Source: a virus. From it: a stretch of DNA of 44,862 nucleotides. Positions within the stretch are counted from its first letter, which is position 1. The number at the start of each line of letters is the position of its first letter. The position numbers were made by a program, and so were the translations under genes. Under the pieces are notes generated by a model. That model was not told the origin of the DNA and did not search any database. It was given only the letters and a program-made list of their open reading frames with translations. The DNA lies in the IMG/VR virus record IMGVR_UViG_2547132370_000003, positions 1 to 44,862 of that record; one strand, given 5' to 3'. Positions 14,099 to 23,936 of the stretch are shown piece after piece.

Positions 14099-14278
14099 AT
14101 GAAGCCGAGCCGCAAGCCGCGCCAGCCCGCAACGGATGTCACTGTCTGGGAGCGTGCCGCCGCGCATTATCGTCGTATTGCGGGCCGTGACCGTCGCCCT
14201 GGCGTGAAGATCTGGGCCAGCGACCGCGCGGCGGAATGCGCGGCCAACATGCGGCGTGCGCAGCGGGAGGCCGCATGA
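14099..14278 (+). CDS. Small basic hypothetical protein
   Basis: Starts at MKPSRKPRQPATDVTVWERAA with an AAGGAAG SD 5 nt upstream. Confidence 0.45.
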   Translation: MKPSRKPRQPATDVTVWERAAAHYRRIAGRDRRPGVKIWASDRAAECAANMRRAQREAA

Positions 14279-14883
14279 TGGTGCCCGAAGGCTACATGCA
14301 GGATTCAGGCGGTCGCCTTGTGCCCCGTGACAAGGTCAAGCCTGAACACCTGATGGTGGATGAGCTGGTGCGCGAGACGTTCACCGGCGCAGCGGAACTG
14401 CGAAAGGCGCTGAGTGGGTTTCGCAAAAAAGCCTTCGAGGACATCCGCACCGTCCTGGCGCTCATTGCCGAGAAGTATGGCACCACATATGGCGGCCAGA
14501 AGGGCAACATCACGCTGACCAGTTACGACGGGCTGAAAAAGATCACCATCGCGATGGGTGATTCCATTTCGTTTGGGCCAGAACTGCAGGCTGCCAAGTC
14601 GCTGATCGACAGCTGCCTGGGGCGCTGGTCCAAGGGCGCTGACGAGAACCTGCGCGTCATCGTCACGGATGCGTTCGAAGTCGGCAAAGAGGGCAAGATC
14701 CGCACGGACAAGATCCTCAGCCTGCGCCGCCTCAATATCGATGATGAGGAATGGCTGCGCGCGATGCAGGCCATTTCCGACAGCATCCGCATCGATGCAA
14801 CCAAGGCTTACATCCGTTTCCATGAGCGCGCGCGGCCGGAAGATGACTTCCGCCAGGTGCCGCTGGATATCGCCCGGGCTTGA
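14275..14883 (+). CDS. DUF3164-like protein (family common in Mu-like phages)
   Basis: MMVPEGYMQDSGGRLVPRDKVKPEHLMVDELV…LRRLNIDDEEWLRAMQAI, recognised by eye. It has a GGGAGG SD and an ATGA overlap. Confidence 0.65.
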   Translation: MMVPEGYMQDSGGRLVPRDKVKPEHLMVDELVRETFTGAAELRKALSGFRKKAFEDIRTVLALIAEKYGTTYGGQKGNITLTSYDGLKKITIAMGDSISFGPELQAAKSLIDSCLGRWSKGADENLRVIVTDAFEVGKEGKIRTDKILSLRRLNIDDEEWLRAMQAISDSIRIDATKAYIRFHERARPEDDFRQVPLDIARA

Positions 14884-14912
14884 CCCCCGTCCTCTCATCA
14901 CAGGAAATCGTA

Positions 14913-15596
14913 ATGCACCCCACGCACCATGTGCATATCAGCACGGGCTTCATGTTCGTGTGCCTGCTGTTCATTGTCGTCATCGTTGCGCTGTTCGTAT
15001 GGCTGTCCTGGTCGGATCGGCGTGCCAAGCTGATCAAGATGCAGATCGATCAGCGGCACGCAGAACAGATGGAGCGGATCCGGCGTGGACATGATGACCA
15101 GATTGCCCGGGCCGTTGCCGCTGATACCCGACAAAAGGCTGAGACGAATGACGCAAACCCTAAGCCTGCTTTCGCAAGCTGCATTGCGTCCGATGGTAGT
15201 CGTCTCGGGGATCGCACTTATGGCGATCCTTCTGACCCGTTTGGACGACGTGCGCGGCGTGATCGCGCCCCGGTCTGCAATGACAGCACCCCAGCAGCCC
15301 CCGTCATAGTCAATACCGGTTCCGGTCGTTCGGGTGGGTCTGACTTTGTCGAAGGTGCGCTCCTGGGCGGTATCGCCGGATCCATGATGGGCGGCCGCGA
15401 CCATGACACCGTCATCGAACGCGATGTCAGCGCACCGGCAGCAGCTCCCGCGCCTGATCCATTCGCAGGCAGTGGTAACGACGCCGGATCCAGTGGCGGT
15501 GGTTTCGACTACAGCAGCGGTGGCGGCGATAGCGGTGGGGGCTTTGACTGCGGCGGCAGCAGCGGCGGGTTCGATAGCGGTGGCTGCGACTTCTGA
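14913..15596 (+). CDS. Single-pass membrane protein with a Gly-rich tail
   Basis: The TM helix is FMFVCLLFIVVIVALFVWLSW. The C-terminus carries GGGFDYSSGGGDSGGGFDCGGSSGGFDSGG repeats. An AGGAAA SD precedes ATG 14913. Confidence 0.55.
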   Translation: MHPTHHVHISTGFMFVCLLFIVVIVALFVWLSWSDRRAKLIKMQIDQRHAEQMERIRRGHDDQIARAVAADTRQKAETNDANPKPAFASCIASDGSRLGDRTYGDPSDPFGRRARRDRAPVCNDSTPAAPVIVNTGSGRSGGSDFVEGALLGGIAGSMMGGRDHDTVIERDVSAPAAAPAPDPFAGSGNDAGSSGGGFDYSSGGGDSGGGFDCGGSSGGFDSGGCDF

Positions 15597-15598
15597 CC

Positions 15599-16228
15599 AT
15601 GGGTGATTTCAGCATCACGCTGGATACATCACGCATCCAGCGTGATCTGTCAGACATGCAGAAGCAGATCCCGTATGCGACGTCCACCGCCGTAAACAGC
15701 CTGGCCTTCGATGCCATGCGACTGGAGAACAGCGCGATGTCGGAAATCTTCGATCATCCGCGCCCGTTCACCACACGCGCCACGCAGGTGGACAAGGCGA
15801 CGAAAAGCAACCCGACTGCGGTGGTATCGCTGCGGGACCAGCAGGCGAAATACCTGACGCCATACGAGACCGGCGGCGACCACTGGGTCGGCGCAAGGGA
15901 TGGCACGGGTGACCTTCTGGTGCCAGTGGATGGCAGGACGGACGCATACGGCCAGATCCCACGTGGGCTGATCAAACGACTGCTGGCGCGCCCTGACGTG
16001 TTCGCGGGCACCGTCCGTGGCATCCGTGGCATCTGGCAACGTCCGACAGCACGGGGCGCACGCCGCAACGCAGCCCCCGCGAAGCTGAAACTGCTCTACA
16101 TGTTCAGGGCCAACAAGGCAGTGGACAAGCATCTCGACTTCGAGCAGCGCGCGGCGGAGATGGTCCAGCGTGAAGGCCCGAAGGCCATCGAGGCGGCGAT
16201 CCTGAAAACCATCCGCACGGCCCGCTGA
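15599..16228 (+). CDS. Hypothetical phage protein
   Basis: A 209-aa ORF with ordinary amino-acid composition, directly upstream of the packaging genes. Confidence 0.6.
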   Translation: MGDFSITLDTSRIQRDLSDMQKQIPYATSTAVNSLAFDAMRLENSAMSEIFDHPRPFTTRATQVDKATKSNPTAVVSLRDQQAKYLTPYETGGDHWVGARDGTGDLLVPVDGRTDAYGQIPRGLIKRLLARPDVFAGTVRGIRGIWQRPTARGARRNAAPAKLKLLYMFRANKAVDKHLDFEQRAAEMVQREGPKAIEAAILKTIRTAR

Positions 16229-16359
16229 CCCACGGGCGGCCCAGATGCACGGGAGGGTCGCCCTCCCCGCGTAGGGAATGCCTTGGGTCCTTCCTGCGAC
16301 TTTTCGCATCGCGGGGTTGCGCGAGCCCGTACGATCTCTAGCTGAGATAAAATTTTCAG

Positions 16360-16599
16360 GTTGCAGTTGCAGTTGCACTTTCCGTGAAAAAACCCTCGAT
16401 CAGCCATAGTGAGGCCGCGCGCCGCGCAGGCGTAAGCCGTGCGGCAATTCAAAAACATCTAGCTTCCGGCAGGATTGTTTCCGACGGCAAGCGCGTGGAT
16501 GTCGCGTCGTTCGAGGAATGGCTTGCCGAGCGCACGGACCTGCAACCCGACCTGCAACCAGAGGTGCAACCCGGGTTGCAGGTTGCAGATGAGGTTGCA
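16360..16599. repeat. Nine copies of the hexamer GTTGCA/TGCAAC around and inside the small-terminase gene (candidate terminase recognition site)
   Basis: GTTGCA is tandemly repeated three times at 16360-16377. TGCAAC lies at 16541, 16553 and 16565. The inverted form GTTGCA lies at 16575, 16582 and 16594. Confidence 0.75.
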
Positions 16600-16968
16600 C
16601 CCATCAATGAGCTGCGTCCGGACCTGATACCGGACGAAGCGTGTCAGCAGATCGAGAAAGGACTGGCTCCCTACACGACGCAGGAAGCCAACCGGATTGA
16701 GAAGAACTACAAGGCGCTCATGCGCAAGCTGGAATACGACCTGAAAGCTGGAAAGGTCGTTGAAAGTTCGAAGGTGGTCGAGACCGTTGGCGAGGAATAC
16801 GCCCGCGTGCGCACCAAGCTGCTCGCCATGGCCGCCGAGAAAGCCCCGTCCCTGCACCGCTGCAAGACCGTAGCCGAAGTGCAGGACCGTCTGACCACGC
16901 TAGTGACACGCGTCCTGGAAGAACTGACTGCGGATGGCGATCCTATCACCGGGCAGCAGCCTCTATGA
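16384..16968 (+). CDS. terS: Terminase small subunit (HTH N-terminus)
   Basis: GTG start. The HTH is ISHSEAARRAGVSRAAIQKHLASGRI. The gene lies immediately upstream of, and overlaps, the large terminase gene. Confidence 0.7.
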   Translation: MKKPSISHSEAARRAGVSRAAIQKHLASGRIVSDGKRVDVASFEEWLAERTDLQPDLQPEVQPGLQVADEVAPINELRPDLIPDEACQQIEKGLAPYTTQEANRIEKNYKALMRKLEYDLKAGKVVESSKVVETVGEEYARVRTKLLAMAAEKAPSLHRCKTVAEVQDRLTTLVTRVLEELTADGDPITGQQPL

Positions 16969-18955
16969 GCGGGGGCTGAAGCTATTCCGGGCTGAACTGG
17001 CGCGCGTGCGCCGGGAGACACTCAAGCCGCCGCCGCGCCTGACCCTGAGCCAGTGGGCGGCAAAGTATGCCGTCCTCTCTCGTGAATCGAGCGCGGAGAC
17101 AGGCCGTTTCGAGGCATTCGCCTACCAGAACGGCATCATGGATGCCTTCACGGATCCGGCTGTCGAGCGGATCTACGTCAAGAAGTCCGCCCGCGTCGGT
17201 TACACGAAGATCCTCGACCACGCTGTCGGCTATTACCTGCAGCAGGACCCCTGCCCGATCCTTCTGGTGCAGCCGCGTGAAACGGATGCCGAGGACTACA
17301 GCAAGAGCGAAATCGCTCCCATGCTGCGGGACACGCCCGTCCTGGCAGCCCTGACGGGTGATCCCAAGTCGCGTTCGTCGTCCCAGACGCTGCTCAAGAA
17401 GACCCTGCTGAACGGGTCATCGCTGACGCTGGTGGGAGCGAACAGCCCGGGCGGCTTCCGTCGTATCACGGCCCGCATCGTGCTGTTCGACGAGGTGGAC
17501 GGCTACCCGGTCAACGGCGCGGGCAGCGAAGGCGACCAGATCGCGCTGGGTGCCAAGCGGTCGGAGACATTCTGGAACCGCAAGATCGCGGCCGGATCCA
17601 CCCCGACCATCGCGGGCCTGAGCCGGATCGAGAGCCTGTACGAGCTGGGCGACCAGCGGCGCTACTACGTGCCGTGCCCCCATTGCGGGGAAAAGCAGCC
17701 TCTGGAATGGGGTGGCCCCGACACGGCCCACGGCATCAAGTGGGACAAGGACCAGGACGGCAACCATCTGCCGGAAACCGCACATTACGTGTGCCGGCAC
17801 AATGGTTGCATCATCGAGGAGGCCGACAAGCCCGGCATGATCGATGCCGGGGAATGGGTAGCGCATGCCCCGTTCAAGGGCATCGCCTCTTTCCACATCT
17901 GGGCAGGTTACTCCCTGTTCCCGAATGCCAGCTGGACCAAGCTGGTAGCAGAATGGCTGGACGTCAAAAACGACCCGCTCAAGCGCCAGACCTTCATCAA
18001 CCTGACGCTGGGCGAGGCTTACGAAGATCGCGGCGACGGTGCGCTGAATGAAATCAGCCTGGCCGCCCGCGTGGAAGTCTGGCCCGGGGAAGTTCCGGAC
18101 GGCGTAGCCATACTGACAGCCGGCGGCGACACCCAGGACGACCGTGTCGAACTGGAGATCGTGGGCTGGGGCCGGAATGAGGAACGCTGGTCCATCGCCC
18201 ATATCGTCATCGAGGGAGATCCGGACGGCCCCGAACTGTGGGAACGAGTGGACGAGGTTCTCAAGCGGCAGTGGTATCGCGCCGATGGCCGCCCGTTCAC
18301 CCTGGCAGCTGCCTGTATCGATTCAGGCGGCCATCATACGCAGAAGGTCTATGAGTTCTGCCGTGCCCGTCTGGGCCGCAAAATCTGGGCCGTGAAGGGT
18401 GAGTCGGCGCGTGGCGGGGCCAGATCCCCCGTCTGGCCGACAAAGCGCCCCAGCGCGCGCAACAAGGCGGCTTTCCGCCCTGTCATCATCGGGGTCAACG
18501 CGGCGAAGGATGTGATCCGCAGTCGCCTGCACCTGCCCCAGCCGGAACCCGATGAGCCATCGCCGGGCTACATGCATTTCCCGGCTGACCGCGACATCAA
18601 CTACTTCGCCCAGCTGGTGGCAGAACGGTCCGTACGAAAGACCAAGGGCGGCCAGACATACCGGGTCTGGGAAAAGATACCCGGCCGCGCGAACGAGGCG
18701 CTCGACCTTGCGGTCTACAGCTACGCCGCCCTGTGCGGCCTCCTGTATCTCGGTCTGCGGCTGAACAAGAAGGCCGATGACATCGCGGCCGAGAAAGTCG
18801 AGCACCCGCCGCCACCACCTGCCGAACCGGTGCAGGAGGACGGCAGCCCGCTGCATGACGGCATGGCGGTACAGTCGCTCACCGTCACGCGCCGGGATCC
18901 GCAGTCAACTGACGGATCCAAACGCAAACGATCATGGGCGGAACGCCTGCCCTGA
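16934..18955 (+). CDS. terL: Terminase large subunit, lambda GpA-like
   Basis: A 673-aa protein with …KKSARVGYTKIL… (Walker-A-like), …VLFDEVDGYP… and the Cys pair CPHCGEKQ…CRHNGC, all typical of the GpA family. Confidence 0.9.
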   Translation: MAILSPGSSLYERGLKLFRAELARVRRETLKPPPRLTLSQWAAKYAVLSRESSAETGRFEAFAYQNGIMDAFTDPAVERIYVKKSARVGYTKILDHAVGYYLQQDPCPILLVQPRETDAEDYSKSEIAPMLRDTPVLAALTGDPKSRSSSQTLLKKTLLNGSSLTLVGANSPGGFRRITARIVLFDEVDGYPVNGAGSEGDQIALGAKRSETFWNRKIAAGSTPTIAGLSRIESLYELGDQRRYYVPCPHCGEKQPLEWGGPDTAHGIKWDKDQDGNHLPETAHYVCRHNGCIIEEADKPGMIDAGEWVAHAPFKGIASFHIWAGYSLFPNASWTKLVAEWLDVKNDPLKRQTFINLTLGEAYEDRGDGALNEISLAARVEVWPGEVPDGVAILTAGGDTQDDRVELEIVGWGRNEERWSIAHIVIEGDPDGPELWERVDEVLKRQWYRADGRPFTLAAACIDSGGHHTQKVYEFCRARLGRKIWAVKGESARGGARSPVWPTKRPSARNKAAFRPVIIGVNAAKDVIRSRLHLPQPEPDEPSPGYMHFPADRDINYFAQLVAERSVRKTKGGQTYRVWEKIPGRANEALDLAVYSYAALCGLLYLGLRLNKKADDIAAEKVEHPPPPPAEPVQEDGSPLHDGMAVQSLTVTRRDPQSTDGSKRKRSWAERLP

Positions 18956-18981
18956 TCCGGTCAAAAAGGAGATGCCCCTTT

Positions 18982-19278
18982 ATGATGGGCAGTCCCTACC
19001 CCTTCCTGCCGCAGGCTACCTACAACCCTGCAACCAGCATTCTGGCAGGTATGTCGCAGGCTCAGCTGCAGGCGGCACTGAGCACCGCGCAGCAGACCCT
19101 TATCGCCCTCCAATCCGGGCAAAAGGTGGTATCGGTCAGCTATGCGCAGGGCGATGGCAGCCGGTCGGTTACCTACAATCAGGCCTCCATTTCCAACCTG
19201 ACCATGCTGATCCAGCAACTGCAGCGCCAGCTGGGTATCCCCGGCGTGCGCCGCAGGGCACTGAGGCCTGTATTCTGA
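18982..19278 (+). CDS. Head-tail connector protein, lambda gpW-like
   Basis: MSQAQLQAALSTAQQTLIALQSGQKVVSVSYAQGDGSRSVTYNQASISNLTMLIQQLQRQL. It sits between the terminase and portal genes. An AAGGAG SD lies upstream. Confidence 0.7.
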   Translation: MMGSPYPFLPQATYNPATSILAGMSQAQLQAALSTAQQTLIALQSGQKVVSVSYAQGDGSRSVTYNQASISNLTMLIQQLQRQLGIPGVRRRALRPVF

Positions 19279-20927
19279 TGGGCGTTGGTGATTTCATCCG
19301 CAGGGTGGCATCGCCTCTGGTTCCGAAATCTGGCCCCGGGCGGCGCATCCTCAACGCGCTGACCTCGCCGTTCGGCACACCGTATGATGCGGCCGACATG
19401 TACGGCCAGCGCATGCAGGGGTGGCAGCCTTACCTGGGGTCCGCTGATACGGAATTAAGCCCGTATCGTGACCGGATCGTCAGCCGCGTGCGTGACCTGG
19501 TCCGCAATGACGGCTGGGCATCCGGGGCGGTTACACGGACACTGGACAATGCCATCGGCGTCAAGCTTCGCCCCATATCGAAGCCTGACTACCGTGCCCT
19601 TGCCCGCCTGAGCGGCACCACCGCTTTCGATGCGGTCTGGGCGAAGGAGTATGCGCAGGCCGTGGACGCCCACTGGCGCACATGGGCGGACGATCCGCTG
19701 CGCTACAATGATACCGAGCGCATGCTGACCTTTGGCCAGCAGATGCATCTGGCCTTCCGTCACCTGATCGTGGATGGCGATGCCCTGGCGCTGCTGCCAT
19801 GGATGGAGGACCGCGTCGGCCTTGGCGCCGCGCAATATGCCACGACCGTCCAGATCATCGATCCGGACCGCCTAAGCAACCCGCAGCAGACCTTCGACCT
19901 GAAGAACCTGCGCAACGGGGTCGAGATTGACCCGAACAGTGGCGCGCCGATTGCCTACTGGATCCGCAAGGCCCATCAGGCGGACTGGTACAGCGCGGCC
20001 GACACGGTCACATGGGACCGTTACGAACGGGAGACCGGCTGGGGCCGTCCCAATGTCGTGCATATGTTCGAGCATCATCGCGGCTCCCAGCATCGCGGCG
20101 GTGCCGGCATCCTGACGCCCGTCCTGCAGCGCCTGAAAATGCTGATCAAATACGACGGGACCGAACTGGACGCCGCGATCATCAACGCGACGTTCGCAGC
20201 CTACATCGAAAGCCCGTTCGATCCCGCCATGACGGCCGAGGGTCTGGAAGGTGGCGACGAGCAGCTCGCCTATTATCAGGACCAGCGCATCGCCTTCCAC
20301 CAGCATCGGAACATCTCGCTTGCGGGATCCCGCATGCCGATCCTGTTCCCGGGCGAGAAGATCAACACCGTCTCGGCAGCCCGACCGGCCAGCAACTTCC
20401 GCGACTTCGAGCGCGCGGTGCTGAACAACGTCGCCAGTGGCGCGGGCCTCTCGCCCATGCAGGTCAGCAATGACTGGTCGGACGTGAACTATTCGTCCGC
20501 CCGTGGATCCCTGCTGGAAGCATGGAAGACCATGAAGCGCCGGCGCGATGATTTCAGCATCGGCTTTCCGACCCTTATCCGCCTGTCCTGGCTGGAAGAG
20601 TCCATGGAAGAGGATGCCCTGCCGCTGCCGCGCGGCGCGCCACCGTTCATTCAGGCGCGCGCAGCCTATGCCCGTGCCATCTGGCTTGGCCCCGGCCGTG
20701 GCTGGATCGATCCGGTGGCGGAGAAACAGGGTGCCGTGTTGGGCATGGATGCCGGCCTCTCCACCCTTGAGACCGAATGCGCGGAGAACGAAGGCGCGGA
20801 CTGGGAGGAAACCCTCGATCAACGCGCCATCGAAGTGCAGGCGTTCAAGGACCGCAACCTGCCCACCCCGGAATGGGCCGGGCAGAACCTTGCATCGAAA
20901 ACCGACAGGAAACCGGAAGCAGAATGA
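19278..20927 (+). CDS. Portal protein, lambda gpB family
   Basis: The start is MGVGDFIRRV, at a TGATG overlap with the gpW-like gene. The protein is 549 aa. The N-terminal 167 aa of ORF 18777..20927 are discarded because they overlap the terminase and gpW-like genes. Confidence 0.9.
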   Translation: MGVGDFIRRVASPLVPKSGPGRRILNALTSPFGTPYDAADMYGQRMQGWQPYLGSADTELSPYRDRIVSRVRDLVRNDGWASGAVTRTLDNAIGVKLRPISKPDYRALARLSGTTAFDAVWAKEYAQAVDAHWRTWADDPLRYNDTERMLTFGQQMHLAFRHLIVDGDALALLPWMEDRVGLGAAQYATTVQIIDPDRLSNPQQTFDLKNLRNGVEIDPNSGAPIAYWIRKAHQADWYSAADTVTWDRYERETGWGRPNVVHMFEHHRGSQHRGGAGILTPVLQRLKMLIKYDGTELDAAIINATFAAYIESPFDPAMTAEGLEGGDEQLAYYQDQRIAFHQHRNISLAGSRMPILFPGEKINTVSAARPASNFRDFERAVLNNVASGAGLSPMQVSNDWSDVNYSSARGSLLEAWKTMKRRRDDFSIGFPTLIRLSWLEESMEEDALPLPRGAPPFIQARAAYARAIWLGPGRGWIDPVAEKQGAVLGMDAGLSTLETECAENEGADWEETLDQRAIEVQAFKDRNLPTPEWAGQNLASKTDRKPEAE

Positions 20928-21751
20928 AGAGCCTCGCGCTTGCCCAGAGGATGCTGGGCCGCCCGCTCGCCCTCACGCCTGACCGCATGGAGGTCGTGCG
21001 GCACCTGCTGGCGCATGGTTCGGACGATATGGCCATGTTCGGCCCCGTTCAGGAAAAGGCGGACCGAGACCCCGTGCTAGGCACAGTGATTTCCGATGTG
21101 GCCGTCATCCCCGTTTCCGGCGTGCTGCTGCCCGGTGAAAGCCCCGGCTGGTGGTGGAGCGGGGCGACGTTCTACGAGGACATCAATGTCGCCTTCCAGC
21201 AGGCCATCAATGATCCGTCCATCAAGGCCGTTGTCCTCCTGGTCGACAGCCCCGGCGGAACGGTCGCCGGCTGCTTCGATCTGGCCGACCGCATTTACGA
21301 AGGACGCGGGGCAAAGCCCATCGTCACGATCGTAAACGAAAGCGCCTATTCCGCCGCCTATGCCCTCGCCAGTTCGGCCGACACGATCATCGTGCCGCGC
21401 ACGGGCGGGGTCGGCTCGATCGGTGTCGTCGGCATGCATGTCGATATCACCGGCGCGCTGGAACAGGCCGGCATCAAGGTCACGACCTTCCAGTTCGGCG
21501 ACCAGAAAACAGATTCCTATCCCACGACCACCATGTCGGAAGAGGCCGCCAAACGGTTTCAGGCCGACATCGATGCGATGGGTGAACTGTTCGTCGCCAC
21601 GGTTGCACGCAACCGCGACATTCCGGCCGACCGTGTGCGCGCCACACAGGCCGGAACCTTCCTCGGCCAGCGCGGCGTCGATGCCGGCCTGGCCGATGCC
21701 GTGATGGGGGCAGAGGCGGCATTCCGCGAACTGCTCGACACGATCGGCTGA
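20924..21751 (+). CDS. Head maturation protease, S49/SppA (lambda gpC-like)
   Basis: LLVDSPGGTVAGCFDLADRIY and ESAYSAAYALASSADTIIVPRTGGVGSIGV. An ATGA overlap links it to the portal gene. Confidence 0.85.
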   Translation: MKSLALAQRMLGRPLALTPDRMEVVRHLLAHGSDDMAMFGPVQEKADRDPVLGTVISDVAVIPVSGVLLPGESPGWWWSGATFYEDINVAFQQAINDPSIKAVVLLVDSPGGTVAGCFDLADRIYEGRGAKPIVTIVNESAYSAAYALASSADTIIVPRTGGVGSIGVVGMHVDITGALEQAGIKVTTFQFGDQKTDSYPTTTMSEEAAKRFQADIDAMGELFVATVARNRDIPADRVRATQAGTFLGQRGVDAGLADAVMGAEAAFRELLDTIG

Positions 21752-21774
21752 TTTCTCCCTTCTGGAGCCATTAC

Positions 21775-22359
21775 ATGTCCGCACCGCGCAAACCCGGCGC
21801 CAGCGCATTTGCACACCTCAAGCCCCGTGCCGAGGGTGACGACAAAGACGACAACAAGACGACCACCGACGGCAAGAAGGCCGAAGGTGACGACACCAAC
21901 GAAGACCCCGAGGACGAGGGCACCAACGGCAAGAAGGCGGGCAAGAAAGCCGGCAAGAAGGCCGACGACAAGGAAGATGATCCCTGCTGCGAAGATGGTG
22001 ATGACGACAGCGACAAGGAAGACGAGAAGGACGACGCCAAGGCATCCGCCCGCGCGCGTGAGCGTGGCCGCTGCGCCGCGATCTTCATGTCTCCCTCTGC
22101 TGCCGTGAACCCGGCCGCCGCCGCTGAACTGGCGTTCGGCACGAACCTGCCCCGCAGCAAGGCCATCGGCATCCTCGACGCCACCGTCGCATCGATGCCC
22201 GCGCCTGCGCCGCAGGCAACCGTGCAGCGTGAACCGTCCCTGCGCAGCCGCATGCGCGGCAATGCCGTGGCACCCGCCACGCAGGACGCATCGGAAAACC
22301 AGAACCGCCCCGGCGCACGCCTTGGCGCGTCCCTGCGCCATGTGCGCGGCGATCGATAA
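21775..22359 (+). CDS. Highly charged protein, scaffold candidate
   Basis: It has K/D/E-rich stretches (KKAGKKAGKKADDKEDD, DDDSDKEDEKDD). It lies between the protease and decoration/capsid genes. Confidence 0.5.
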   Translation: MSAPRKPGASAFAHLKPRAEGDDKDDNKTTTDGKKAEGDDTNEDPEDEGTNGKKAGKKAGKKADDKEDDPCCEDGDDDSDKEDEKDDAKASARARERGRCAAIFMSPSAAVNPAAAAELAFGTNLPRSKAIGILDATVASMPAPAPQATVQREPSLRSRMRGNAVAPATQDASENQNRPGARLGASLRHVRGDR

Positions 22360-22371
22360 GGAGAACGGCTG

Positions 22372-22779
22372 ATGTCCGGTTCCCTCAACAGCTACGGCTT
22401 CTATCCGCAGGCCCGCTCGGCCCTGTTCGTCCCTGACCAGCTTGTCGCGGGCAACATGAAGCTGGTCACGCGCACCGTGACCTTCGGTGCCAGCCAGACC
22501 CTGCCGCGCGGCGCGGTCGTCGGCCGCGTAACGGCGACGGGTCAGTATATCCTGTCCGTGGCCACGGCCACCGATGGCAGTGAGACGCCCTGCGGTATCG
22601 TGGTCGATGCCGTGGAAACGGCGGCTGGCGCGACCCAGACCGGGGCCATCTACGAGATGGGCGAGTTCAACTCGAATTACATGACGTATGACGCGAGCTG
22701 GACCCTCGACACCCTGACGCAGGCGCTGCGCCAGTGGGCCATCTTCATCAAGACGGGCCTCTCGAACGACATCGTCTGA
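22372..22779 (+). CDS. Head decoration protein, lambda gpD-like
   Basis: A 135-aa ORF directly upstream of the capsid gene. …GRVTATGQYILSVATATDGSETPCGIVVDAV…GAIYEMGEFN… has the gpD-family pattern. Confidence 0.7.
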   Translation: MSGSLNSYGFYPQARSALFVPDQLVAGNMKLVTRTVTFGASQTLPRGAVVGRVTATGQYILSVATATDGSETPCGIVVDAVETAAGATQTGAIYEMGEFNSNYMTYDASWTLDTLTQALRQWAIFIKTGLSNDIV

Positions 22780-22814
22780 TCGTTCGCTCTTCCATAGAAA
22801 TCAAGGATTACACC

Positions 22815-23927
22815 GTGGCAGGTTCTGTTACCGGTAGTGCTGGCGTTCAGGGGTCCCTGAACGCCATGCTCGGCGCGTACGACATCGCCGAGTTGGTTTA
22901 TTTCGTGCGTAACCTCAAGACGGCGCAGAGCTTCCTGCTCGACCACATGTTCCCCAACATGGTGGAATCGGACGCCCCGGAAGTTGCGATCGACGTCGAT
23001 GTCGGTAAGCGGCGTCTGGCCCCCTTCTGCTCTCCGCTGGTCGAAGGCAAGCTGGTGGAAAGCCGCCAGTGGCAGACCAACCTGTTCAAGCCGGCCTACA
23101 TCAAGGACTGGCGCAACCCCGACCTGCTCAAGCCCGTGCGGCGCGCAATCGGCGAGCGTCTGATGGGCGGCATGTCGCCTGCGGAACGGCTGGAAGCCAA
23201 TCTCGCATGGGAAATGGCCGATCAGATGGACATGATCCTGCGCCGGCAGGAATGGATGGCGGCCAATGCGCTGGTCAGCGGCAAGATCACCGTCGTCGGC
23301 GAAGGCTACCCTGACCCGATCGTGGTGGATTTCCAGCGTGACCCGGCCCTGACCGTGGCCCTGACCGGCACCGCGCAGTGGGGGCAGACCGGCGTTTACC
23401 CGTCGGACTACATCACCGCCTGGGCTGCGCTGGTCCTGCAGAAGTCCGGTGCCGCACCCACCGAGGTCATCTTCACGAATTCCACCTGGAACGCGTTCAA
23501 GAACGACCCGAAGGTGCTGAATGCCATCGTGTGGCCCGGCCGCACCGGTGATTCCAGCGCGGATCTGGGTGGCCGCGTCGTGAAGGGGGCCATGTATATG
23601 GGCCGCTGGGGTCAGTTCGACCTCTACCTTTACAACGACTGGTACGTCGATCCGGTGACGGATGTCGAGGAACCGATGATCGCGGATGGCACCGTCATCC
23701 TTGGCGGTCCCGGTGTGGAAGGCACGCGCGCCTATGGCCTGATCATGGATCCAGCCTTCAATTATGGCCCGCTCGCCTACGCCCCCAAGCTCTGGTACAA
23801 GGAAAACCCGGCGACCATCAACCTGCTGATGCAGTCGGCACCCCTTGTCATCCCGTCGCGAGTCAACGCCTGCATGGCGGCCACCGTCATGGCTGCCGGC
23901 GCTGACGTTCCCTCCCCGACCCTGTGA
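22815..23927 (+). CDS. Major capsid protein, lambda gpE-like
   Basis: The start is GTG 22815, with AAGGA 7 nt upstream. …YDIAELVYFVRNLKTAQSFLLDHMFPN…APFCSPLVEGK… resembles the gpE N-terminus. An alternative start is ATG 22866. Confidence 0.85.
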   Translation: MAGSVTGSAGVQGSLNAMLGAYDIAELVYFVRNLKTAQSFLLDHMFPNMVESDAPEVAIDVDVGKRRLAPFCSPLVEGKLVESRQWQTNLFKPAYIKDWRNPDLLKPVRRAIGERLMGGMSPAERLEANLAWEMADQMDMILRRQEWMAANALVSGKITVVGEGYPDPIVVDFQRDPALTVALTGTAQWGQTGVYPSDYITAWAALVLQKSGAAPTEVIFTNSTWNAFKNDPKVLNAIVWPGRTGDSSADLGGRVVKGAMYMGRWGQFDLYLYNDWYVDPVTDVEEPMIADGTVILGGPGVEGTRAYGLIMDPAFNYGPLAYAPKLWYKENPATINLLMQSAPLVIPSRVNACMAATVMAAGADVPSPTL

Positions 23928-23936
23928 GGCTGACAG

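Noticed and set aside
16537-16600. Short regularly spaced repeats, considered as a CRISPR-like or minisatellite array
   Set aside because: The units are 6 bp at 7-12-nt spacing inside a coding region and include inverted copies. They have no CRISPR repeat-spacer architecture and there are no cas genes. They are interpreted as protein-binding sites.
18777-19277. N-terminal 167-aa extension of the portal ORF
   Set aside because: It overlaps the end of the terminase gene and the whole gpW-like gene, and it is Arg/Pro-rich. The portal start was set at ATG 19278, which overlaps the gpW-like stop.
21559-22388. Minus-strand ORFs antisense to the charged scaffold-like gene
   Set aside because: Their low-complexity translations mirror the K/D/E-rich repeats on the plus strand. 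The plus-strand gene fits the operon.
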